Source: Spirogloea muscicola
Taxonomy: Eukaryota
Reading direction: 5' to 3'
DNA length: 64,000 bases
Assembly: GCA_009602725.1 (NCBI GenBank)
Contig: WELB01000023.1
Location: forward strand, 795,977 to 859,976
Shown here piece by piece: positions 11,140 through 21,537 of the stretch; position 1 is the first letter of the stretch, and the number at the start of each line of letters is the position of its first letter. A program made the position numbers and the translations under genes. The notes below the pieces were generated by a model. That model worked only from the letters and a program-made list of their open reading frames with translations. It had not been told where the DNA came from and searched no databases.

Positions 11140-11820
11140 GCTAGCGCAAGAATCAGGAGCTTCCCACAACTTCACAGCGATGGACCCAGCGGAAACTCGG
11201 TGCAACAGAGTTGAGACGCTTGCTCATGGTTGAAGAGAGAAGGCGCGCGGGGCGCATGAATTGAAAGGGAGGCCAATTCAAGCCAATACATTGTTCAGGC
11301 AGAGTCGAGTGCAGACTAAACAATGCTACATGATACGGAGACCTAATCTAAGGTACCTAAGATGACATTAGTACAATGAAATGAATGAATGGTTGAAAGG
11401 AGCGCTTCGTTACAGCTCTTCTAGAGCTGGTCTAGAGCTCCGGTCCAGGTTTATGGCCATTGCTCATCTGAGGCTCTGACGATGGAAACGCGGCTCTCCT
11501 TGAAGGATTGCTGTGCTCTCCCCCTTGCCCATTGCGGCGATGGCACCAGGCTCTCCAGAAGCAGGCCGGCAGCAAAATATGAGGAAGCTCTGTCAACTGG
11601 CTTTGCTAGGCCAGCCCAAAATAAGTTAGCCCAAAAAGAACCAATGGCTGTGAAAGGCCAGTCCAAGATATAGTTGGGGCACACTTGACAATGTTTGAAG
11701 GGCCATAAAGAGCAAAGTCCACACAGCTGAACGAATGGCTACTACAGATAGGTGCTCAATAAGCCCTTGCTCAGTAAGCCCTTGTCAGTAGGCGCATGGC
11801 AGAGTAGCTAGCAGCCAGAA
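11140..11820. repeat. Dispersed duplicate of ~41040-41530 (CRE-like 3' end plus flank), here interrupted by a later insertion
   Basis: Long near-identical blocks in both places, e.g. GCTCATCTGAGGCTCTG, CGCGGCTCTCCTTGAAGGA and CAAGATATAGTTGGGGCACACTTGACAAT. Confidence 0.85.
11235..11388 (-). mobile_element. 154-bp 5'-truncated type-C retrotransposon insertion with 9-bp TSD
   Basis: Reverse complement of 6522-6662. Flanked by ATGGTTGAA at 11226-11234 and 11389-11397. Absent from the paralogous site at ~41120. Confidence 0.9.
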
Positions 11821-12015
11821 TAATGTGGATAGCAGCAATAGCTAGGACATGCACGCAGGCTCGCTCGCCTCAATAACAGTGAAAGTGTTTGGGTTTGAAA
11901 TAAATATGCCCGATGTACTGGTGCGCTCAACACTAAAGACAAGCACTTCTGCTGATCAATGGGCTGAACTAGTGCTCTCCCAGCCAGTTGGTTCACTATG
12001 TTATCATAATCATCA

Positions 12016-14168
12016 CTAATCTTGGTGGCTCAGCTTGCACTCAGCTCGCTGGTTCTGGCATTCTGGTAAAGGATAGCCGCCATGGAACAGCCTTTTCGCC
12101 ACCTGCTTGACTTTTCCTTTTGGCACCATGTAATGCTTGCATGCCCAGCAAGTAAATCCCAGCACACTTGTGGTTGTTATCACAATGCCATATCCTGGAA
12201 GTACACCAACAAGGCTGGATCTGATTGCAAGCTTGATCATCCCTGTGCCCAACAACTTCAAAGAAACTGCTTGCGAGGCACCTCCAAGTACGCCTCCAGC
12301 TGCAGACCAGAATGCTCCCTTCACGAGAGCATGACAAACAGATGTTGGGCAGTCAGGTCAAGATATGTTCCTTGAAGGGTTCAGGTTTCTTCATCTCTAC
12401 GTTCTTGGGACGAGCAGACTGATTCACACCTGATCCAATTGACTACACTTCTGTGTATGGGCACTGCAAAAGAGGTAAGCAAGTTATGTTTACCTCCAGA
12501 GCAACATGTTGAGGTTGCCATCCTAGGTTCTTGACTTTACCCATTGGTGCACCGGATTTGTCCAGGTCACAGATCACCCCCTTCAACTGGATGTAAGGCT
12601 GTCCATGCAAGTCAGTGCTGCCACACATGATAAAGCGACCCATTCCTTCTGGCATGACAATGATGTCTTTGTCAATGGTAGCACTGATGATGTCGCGATG
12701 GTAGACAACCTCTATATCTTCTTGCAGCACACCACTCCAGCGCATTGCCATGACCTTCTTTACTGCATCCTCTAGTGTCCTGCAGCACGACACAGATTTT
12801 TCATCCATATCTTCAATGCCTCCAGGGCCCAGCCTGACAACGAAAAGCGTCACTGAAGCTTGTCTTGAAAATAGAGCTAGACTCTGTCATTGCAAAGCCA
12901 TTAAGTACAGTGGAGAAGCGAGCCAGGACTGCTCGGTAAAGCATTGCGTTGAATGTACAGCACGAATACTTGAGATCGCAATCAGTGAGGTGGCGGTGTG
13001 CCATAATGAGATGTTGCAACTTACTCTGCCAAGTGACACTCTTGGTCTTCTTTGGTGAAGTCGTTGCAGCACATCAAGTACGCATCATTGGTGGCAGGGA
13101 TAAATACACCATGCTGATCATCCTTCAAAGCCTTGAGAAAACCGCTTGCTTTGGTGGGAACACTATCAGCTGCTTGAATGACCAGGATGGCTTCTATTGC
13201 AGGAACCCCTCTTGTAGCAATTGTATTCAGACTCAGAGGTGTACTACCCAAAGCTGCAGCGCTTGCGACACCTGATACAGCTGCGACCTGAAGAGAAACA
13301 TAGCAAATAGTCAGGGAACACTAAAAATCCGGAGATAAAAGTTCATCCAAGGCTAGGACCGTAAAGGTTGTGAACTTCATGGTTTTCCATTGCTTCAAAC
13401 AGCAGTTTTTGCCTGGTATGAGCACAGCCAGTATGTCAGACCAAGCTTGCCGATGATGCAGCAAGCAGCACATGAGTCAATAAGAGTCGATAACCAGAAG
13501 CAGGCTTGCCAATTCACTGACCTGACAGGTTTGCATCAAGGCTGGAATGCTCTGTCCCACTGCCTCGCTTGTGGTACTGAGCGAGTGCAGAGCATTTTGT
13601 GCAGTCGGCGTCAGATTCTGGACAGACATTTGGACCGTCTCCAGCGTCGAGGCTGCCTGTGGCGTGATCTGGTTGACAGAATCTTGAAAAGTACCAAGGG
13701 TCGACGATGCTTGATCGAGAGTCGTGATAAACCTCGGCTTAAGCTCTCCCACAAATGATGCTGTTGTGTTGGCTAGTTTCTTTATGGCATCACTTGCATC
13801 GCCAGCCTTGGTACAAACAACCTGAGCCGAATTTGCTGCGTTTTCAAATGAGTGGCTGCACTGGAAAGGGCATTGGCCGCAGTATCCATACGTTCCATGG
13901 TTGCCTTTGTTGCTACCGCAGATTCCTCGAATCGAGCTGCACAGTGAGGACAGCTCGTGTGAGTAAAAGATGTGTCGTCAAGTTGCCTAGGAGCCAAAGG
14001 TGGAGGCAGTGCATATTCAATTGGTCTGCTGACTAGGGAAATCTACATAAGTGATAGCGAGCAGACAGCCTCACCAGCGGCCCTTGAGGCTGTCTCATTG
14101 AGCTGGTGACCAGAGTCGGTGATAGCTCTGCCTACAGTCTCCGCTGGCTTGCTGAGGGGGTTGCCCAT
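12016..14168 (-). pseudogene. Copy 2 of the unidentified gene: myristoylation motif, helical region, C-terminal GGxxG hydrophobic segment
   Basis: ATG at 14168 with upstream in-frame stops. Spliced exons read MGNPLSKPAETVGRAITDSG..., ARFEESAVATKATMERMD..., GELKPRFITTLDQ..., AILVIQAADSVPTKASGFLK..., LGPGGIEDMDEK...GAPMG, VKGAFWSAAGGVLGGASQ... Apparent frameshifts at ~13852 and ~12355. Confidence 0.65.
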
Positions 14169-14967
14169 TGGGAGAGTGCGCTTGGGTACTCAGAATCCTC
14201 AGGCTAGGAGAAGGCTCGTCAGCCACACTTGGTCAGGCGCTCAGTGGAGGCCTGTGGAGGAGAAGAAGAAGGTGTGAGGTGAGGGCAACGTCAAAGCGTC
14301 TGCTCGCCCCTTGGCTATCCGAGCTCAACGTGTTGAGGAACATTTCATCCAAGAACACCTCAACAGCAAGCAAGGCGCTAGACCTATCCGGCTGACAAAG
14401 CAATCCAGAGGCACTCAAGGGCGATGTGAAGGTCAGGCCGTTCTGCAGTGCCTACTCAGCCGCCTCCGTCCTGTGGCGGCACTGAAGCGGGACCGAGCGC
14501 CGACGGCCGCGCTTAGCTGCCGCGCCTGTCCGGCAGTGGACTCTGCCCTGGCGTGTCTGAGGTTGTGTAGCTGAGCCCCAGGGCCGAGGCCTTGGAGGGC
14601 AAGCTCGAGACGGGAGCCCCCGGGCTCCCCGCAGTTTCCTGCCGCCGTCATTTTCGCGAGAGTCGACATGGCCGCCAACAGCCGCCACGCCCGAGCGTGG
14701 ACGAGACCGCCGGCGCCGGGCCCAAAGCCGGGCATAACGTGCCGCGCCCGCATGCGAACGTGCCTCTTCGACGTGGCACTCAAAGAGTCGTCTAAGCTAC
14801 CGCAATGTTCTCCAAGTTTACTTAAAGCTTGGGACGCTTTAGGCTGCCTATGTACACCATTGACGTAGCCGACACAGCACCCTCGCCAAGCTCACGTCTG
14901 CAGCAACTCCCCTCCTTGCTGCCCGTTTTCAAGGCAGGGCAGTCCTTGTTTTGACACTCTTTTCACA

Positions 14968-15093
14968 CTCTTTGCCGGAACGATAGCCCCCTTTGTAGCT
15001 GCTCACCGCTCTTAGGCCCCTCTGAACCTTTGTGAATTCTTTTTGGGCTGGCTTTTCGCAGCCCTTGCCCCCATTGGGAGTGCCACTTCTTCT
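14968..15093 (+). mobile_element. Short type-A retrotransposon 3'-end insertion with 10-bp TSD
   Basis: Nearly identical to the 3' UTR of the 2629-4704 element. Flanked by TCTTTTCACA at 14958-14967 and 15094-15103. Confidence 0.85.
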
Positions 15094-15269
15094 TCTTTTC
15101 ACAGCCTGTATATTGGGATTTTCTGATTACTGGCGGTGGGCAGGGGGGGGCAGGGGGGGTGGTGGTGGCGGCGGTGGCGGTGGCGACCCGATGCCGCCCC
15201 ACTTGTGCACCCCGCTAAAAGTCCGCGGACTTCCAGGTACTCAGGGAAAGGACATCATCCAACTGACAT

Positions 15270-16800
15270 CAATGGCTGTGAGAGAAGTGGCCTTTCAAAT
15301 GGGGTCAAGGGCTGTGAAAAGCCAGCCCGAAAAATTGACAAAGAATTGAAGGGTCAAATGACGGCTGTGAGAGGCCAAGCCCCAAAAGGAATGTACCATT
15401 GAAAGAGAGGTCTGAGATCGCCGATGAGAGGGCCGTGCCGACTGGAAGAAAGTGCGCGCCCATAGAGAAAGGGGGCCAGCAAAGCCAGCCCAGAAAGAAT
15501 GGACAATGTCAAAAGCCGGAAAAAACACACAGCTAGGCAGCGAGAGAATAAGACACGACGAAATCACAGGAAGCTCAATACCCCCGGGTGAGCAACATCA
15601 GGTCGGAGTAGCTCGACGCAGGAAAAGAAGCATCCAGACGCGACCCAGAAGCAGCCGCGATAGCGCGGCCCGCTCGTGAGTGGACGGCATAGGCGAGGGA
15701 GCGTTGGGAGGGACACGGAGAGCCGCATTCGGAAAACCTGGGCCAGGGAGCCGGCCGCGTTGAAGCCGGGCAGCCCCCCTAGGCTAATGCCTTGCATCAG
15801 AAAGCTGGGCGAGCTCTAGTTGGTGACAGAAGGGCTTCGTACCTGACATCTAGTATTCATGCATCGGTTAGCGACCTTCATGTTTTGACCCGTGGATTTT
15901 GAGCGGGTCAACCTGCTGTAGGTTATGTAGATATTTAGATGTGCTTGCTTGCCTTTGTACTTGGCCGTTGGCCTATGTTTGTTTCAAATACACGAAATTT
16001 TCCTGGCAGACCCGGCCGCCGCTCGATGGCCTGCCGGGCAAGCCGCTGGAGGAGGTCCAGCCAGCCACGTGTGGATCCGGCCGTCGTCGTCGCGCAGGAT
16101 GGGCATTATTGACTAGTGCTCCACGGCCACCTTGTAACCAGCCTCGAGGAAGACGCCTTGCATGCCGTCCCTGAGCAGGTCATGGGAAAGCAGGTCACTG
16201 GAAGAGCTGTTGTTTGATGGCAAAATGCCAGAAATAAAAGTCCGCAAGAGACGTCAGCAAGTGCGCTTTCAAATTTTATTATGGAAGTGCAAGTCAGCAT
16301 GACTAGAAAGAAGGCTCGCCCATAGAGAAAGAGGGGCTGGCAAAGCCAGCCCAAAAAGAATGGACAATGTCCAAAGCCGAAGAAGGAGAGACTAGAGGGC
16401 CGAAAAGCGTGGCTCTGACGGAGGCAGCAGCCAATGCGCGGCCTGCACGCAAGTGGACGGCAACGAGATAGTGGCTCTCCAAATAGAAAGTGCCCAAGAG
16501 GGGGCGAGCTGTGAACAGCCAGCCCGAAAAAATTGACAAGGGCTGTGAACAGCCAGCCCGAAAAAACTGACAAGGTCCGGAAGTTCTTCTTCTGAAGGGG
16601 CCAAAGAAAAGGCGCGCGATGCGCATGAATTTGAAAAGTGAGGCCAATAACGAAAAGAAGAGGCCAATAACCATGAATTGTGAAAGAGAGACCAAAGCTT
16701 GGACAGAATAGACCACTTAGTTAGAATCCGCGAGTTAGGAGCCGCAGATCTTAAAAGACTAGCAGGCGGAAAGGCTAGAGCACGGCCGGCACACACTTGC
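15270..16800. mobile_element. Cluster of CRE-like 3' fragments (types A-D, both strands)
   Basis: FNAAGSLAQVFRMRLSVSL and TRGY*-type end with a type-B tail (15450-15770, -). LHQKAGRAL...LTRGF* with a type-D tail (15790-16000, +). Further tails at 16310-16800. Confidence 0.8.
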
Positions 16801-17494
16801 ATGGCAGAACTGCTGCTGTTCATTCTCTTCTTCTACCTAGATGTAAACATTGGACCTTGGTTTTGTTTTTGTTAACTTTACCTTTCTATCAAGTATATGA
16901 GGCCCTTTCGATTTTGTTTCGGTTTCATTTTGTCCTCTGTACATATTTTCGCTGTAACGTCCCCTCCCGTTTGAGAGCGCCAAAACGGTGCCGGTGACTA
17001 AGTACGGTTGCCACTTGGCATCGTGTCGCGCGTCACGTAGTATTAGTAGCGCGCTTGACGTGGCATCTTTCGGGAGTCGTACCACTCGGGTAGCGAGGCT
17101 TCACTTGCACGCATACTCCTGTCGGTGGGCGCTGCTTCGCCTGAAGCGGCATCGCTCTGGAGTTTTGTCCAGAATCCGCTGCTTCGCTGTACGCGGCAGC
17201 GTCCGGCAGTCAACGGGTCCAGTCCCCTTGATCCGTATCCCATCTCGTCGGATCCGCCCCTCCGCTGGAGGACCTTTGGGGCTACCCTCATCACACCCTC
17301 GGAGGAACGCGTGAGCCTCGCGGGCGCCCATGTGGCCTCCGAGGTCGTCAGAAAAGTTCCGATCCGGGGCAGCGGCATCACCGGCCCTGTCCGCCCTAAT
17401 ATTGACTTTGGCTTGACTTGACTTGATCAACTTAGGACCCCCCCCTTGCGCACTTTCTTCCCTTGCGCCCCCCACCCCCCCCCCCCAATCTCCT

Positions 17495-18200
17495 CTCTAG
17501 ATGTGCTTGCCTTTGTACTTGGCCATTTGGCCTTCGTTTGCTTCAAATACACGAAATTCCCATCCTCCCCCAGGCCCACACTCATATCCCCCCACACCCT
17601 CGATCACCTTTTACCAGCCGCAGCTGGCACCAGAGAAGAAAGAAGGTGCTCGCCCATTGAGAAGAGGGGCTGGCACAGCCAGAGACGAGGGCTGTCAAAG
17701 GTAAGCTCATCCAAAGAAAAGAAAAGCTCGCCCGATTTGAGAAGAAGTGGCACTCCAAATGGGGGCAAGGGCTGAGGGAAGCCAGCCCAAAAAGAATTGA
17801 CAAAGGTTCGGAGGGGCCTACAAGCATTTAGCAGCTACTTCCCCCTTCTCGCCCTTTATTCATTGTTTTTTGGGCTGGCTTTTCCAGCCCCTATCCTCAA
17901 TGGTCGAGCACTTTCTTCTACAAAGGGGCCTGAAGATGCTATGTCAGAACAGGGGGAGGATGGATCTCAATCTGAGAAGGTGAGGAGGTGAGAAGGTGGA
18001 AAGAAAAGGAGTGTGTATGAAAGGATGGAGGGCCTAAAGAAAAAGGCCAAGTAAAAGGCCAAGTACAAAGAAGAAGTGGCTCTTCCAAGTAGAAAAAGTA
18101 CAAAGGCAAGCACACTGACAGATGAATGTACATCGCAAAGGGGGCGAGGGCTGTGAAAAAGTAAATTTGCTCGCTCACAAAGAAGAGGGGCTGTCACCGA
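17495..18200. mobile_element. Cluster of CRE-like 3'-UTR fragments upstream of VPS13
   Basis: Type-D tail at 17498-17560; A/B hairpin tails at 17645-17970; reversed D/A pieces at 18050-18160. Confidence 0.75.
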
Positions 18201-20431
18201 ATGGAGTAGACAAGGTCCGATGTGAAAAGGGCCAACCTGCACCAGAATGATTGCTGATGGCAGTAGAGCCGCTTTAGTGGAGAGACTCATCCTCCTCCTT
18301 GAATTGGGCTTTTCATTGAAGCCCGTGGCATTCCCAACCTGCACAAGCTAACAAGAAGCTAGCTCGAAGTTGTCAAGGTAGCGGCCGACCTAGGCAACCG
18401 GTGGTTCACTACATTCACACCTTGCTCCGGAACGAGGAGGTTCTCCTTGGGATGGAGTTGGAGCCTGCCATCCGTAATGCGGGCATCGGCTAGCAGCTTC
18501 TCCGTCGTGCTGGCCCGCCTGCGGCTGCTGAGCGGCTTGTCGTAGCAGCAGCAGGCGGCCTGCAGATGTAGCTGCGCTCGCCTTCTGTGCTTGGCCGCTA
18601 AGGCCCTGCCATCCTCGGCTTCGCTACGGCCCGCTCGGGCAGGGCGGCCCGCCTTGTCCGTCGCTCCTCCTGCTGCCACCAGCCATGCTCAAGGGGCATG
18701 TGAGCGCACCCAGCTCCCTCCACGCTTTCAGCTGGGCCGGCCATTACCGGAGGCCTTGCGGGCCGCCAAAGCGTAGCGCAGCAGCCCTGACGGCATCGCC
18801 GCATGGCTTCGGTTTCACTGACGGCTGCAGGTTTTGTCCCTACTGCGCCGCTACTTGGGAGAGTACGTCCGAGGCCTGTCAATTGATGCCCTCGAAGTCA
18901 GCCTTTGGGAAGGCGAGCAACAACCTGGAGCTCGCTCTTGACTTTCCAATGTCCTCTTGCGGCAGCTGGAGCTGCCTTGCACGCCCCCACTCCGCCTGGG
19001 TCCTCTCTACGGTCCCTCCGATCGTACAAGAAGAGCTTGCTGTGCATATGCAACTTACAGGAGCAGCTGCTGAGACAGGGCTGTTGGATGGAGGCAGGCT
19101 CCATGGGTGCAGCGCCAATATTCAAGCATCTTCTGCATCTTCTGACAATGCCGTGGAGCCTGACACAGGGAAAGTGACACTCAACAACCTGCAGCTCAAG
19201 GCGGAGGGCCTCGACTTGCTGCAGCTACCAATCAATGTCAAGGCCGGCTTCCTGGGCTCAGTCCAGCTCAAGGTCTTTGCCAACAGCATATCCTCGCTGC
19301 ACTGGAAGGAAAAGCTGTAGCCTGAACAAGACGCAGTCGGGACAGTCAAGCACTTGACGTATGTTCTTGTACGTGATTGTGGCGCTTGGCCCATTGTAGG
19401 TGCCCTGGTCACGACTTGGGAAGGACCCTGTCACCGTGCTCCTAGACCGCATATTTATCCTTGCAGAGCCAGTCAAAGATGACTTCACCTACCAGGTGAA
19501 GGCTTATGAAGCATGTGGTTGACAGGGCCACAAGAGGGGTAGTGCAGACTGGAGGAGAGGCGCCCAGCCAGGGCCGCTCATTTGTCAACACAAACTCCCC
19601 CACATTGTTACTTTCATACAGTCGCTCGCATCCTCTTCTTCCCCCTAAGTCGCCCTTTGCAGAGGCCTCTACCCAAGCCAATGGGGAATCCTCCATGCAA
19701 TTTCGCTTCTTATATTGCTCGCTAATGTGATTGTTCTATACAAGGTTCCTATTAGAATCAGGTCATGTTATTATTCCACTCAGGTTTCACAGAAACTGAA
19801 GGCACTCTCTGCTCTTTTGTGCATACTTGCTGCTTCTTGATCAGGGCTGGTGGTGTTGGCAGGCTCCAGAAACCAGCTCCTGGCTTGGTTCACTGATCGC
19901 TACCGTGGTGGGCAATCTGAAGATTTCCATCACCAATGTCCACATTCGCTATGAGGACACACTCAGGTCCTACTGCTCATCACAGCGTCATTGCTTACCT
20001 GCAACACACCGCTGTACACAGAACGTATGGCCTTGTCATGCAGATGGTTTGCTGCCTGTGAGCAATTGCTGAGGAGGTTAGAGGTTGTGCATGGCTGGCT
20101 GCAGCAATGTGAGCAGTCCATTCTGCATGGGGTTCATGCTCGCGAAGCTGGCAGCCGTCACCGTCGATGACAATGGCCACGAAACCTTCGCAACAAGCAG
20201 CGCTCTTGAGTGCCTCCGAAAGGTACGTCGAGCATGTTCAAACAGCCTCCTGCAGGCTGGCTTCAAGCAGCTCTTACAGCACCCTTGTGCAGCTTCCATT
20301 TGCCTCTTTAGCAGCAGCTGCAGAAGGATGAGTGGTACTAATCTGTCTACGAGTCTGCTACAGGCTGTACAACTGGAGAGGTTGGCTGTGTATCATGACA
20401 CAGGTTGCAAGCCTTGGCAAGTTGAGAAAAG

Positions 20432-21537
20432 CTGGGATGCCATGTCTCCTTCTGAGTGGAGTGAGGTTAGTTACACCCTCGTCTGTGCAATCGCAACCTT
20501 CTCTGACTGAACCCTGAAAGGCGCCCAACCAAGCAGAGCAGCGCATTGACATCCAGGTGCCTGCAGATGTTTGAGCCAGGTATCAAGGACGATGTACCAG
20601 ACAGTGGTAAGGTTGATGATGCTAGAGGCAACAATGTGCAAAGGACACAGCCAATGCAGTACCTGCTGCATCTCGTGCATGTCAGCATGCGCTACTTGCG
20701 GTTGGGCAAGAATAAGAAGCGAGAGCCCAATGTGCCCCTCCAGACCGCCTCCCTCAATCTTGATGACGTCATGCCGGCACTTTCAGAGGTACTTCTCAAG
20801 CTGGGATGCCATGTTTCCTTCTGAGTGGAGTGAGGTTGGTCACTCCCTCGTCTTCCACAGTTAGCACTTCGCTTAGTTAAATACTGAAAGGTGCCCCAGC
20901 AAAAAGAGCAGCGAATTGACATACAAGTGCCTGCAGATAATTGAGCCAGGGATCAAGGACGATGTACCAGACAGTGGTAAGGTTGATGATGCTAGAGGCA
21001 ACAATGTGCAAAGGACACAGCCAAAGCAGTACTTGCTGCAACTTGTGCATGCCAGCATGCGCTACTTGCGGTTGGGCAAGAACAAGAAGCGAGAGCCCCA
21101 TGTGCCCCTCCAGACCGCCTCCCTCAACCTTGATGACGTCATGCCGGCACTTTCAGAGGTACTTCTCAAGCTGGGATGCCATGTTTCCTTTTGAGTGGAG
21201 TGAGGTTGGTCACTCCCTCGTCTTCCACAGTTAGCACTTTACTTAACTGATTACTGAACGGTGCCCCAGCAAGAAGAGCAGCGAATTGACATACAAGTGC
21301 CTGCAGATAATTGAGCCAGGGATCAAGGACGATGTACCAGACAGTGGTAAGGTTGATGATGCTAGAGGCAACAATGTGCAAAGGACACAGCCAAAGCAGT
21401 ACCTGCTGCATCTTGTGCATGCCAGCATGCGCTACTTGCGGTTGGGCACGAACAAGAAGCGAGAGCCCAATGTGCCCCTCCAGACCGCCTCCCTCAACCT
21501 TGATGACGTCATGCTGGCACTTTCAGAGGTACTTCTC
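20432..21537 (+). repeat. Three tandem copies of a ~370-bp unit containing one 222-nt VPS13 exon
   Basis: Exons 20567-20788, 20937-21158 and 21307-21528 are near-identical (xxEPGIKDDVPDSGKVDDARGNNVQRTQP...ALSE), each with CAG/GT splice sites. Confidence 0.95.

Noticed and set aside
6522..11374. ~140-bp inverted repeats (6522-6662 and 11235-11374) that look like DNA-transposon TIRs around a 4.8-kb cargo
   Set aside because: Both are type-C retrotransposon 3' UTRs starting at the Y* codons. The right copy has its own 9-bp TSD and an empty paralogous site, and solo copies exist at 2170 and 46355.
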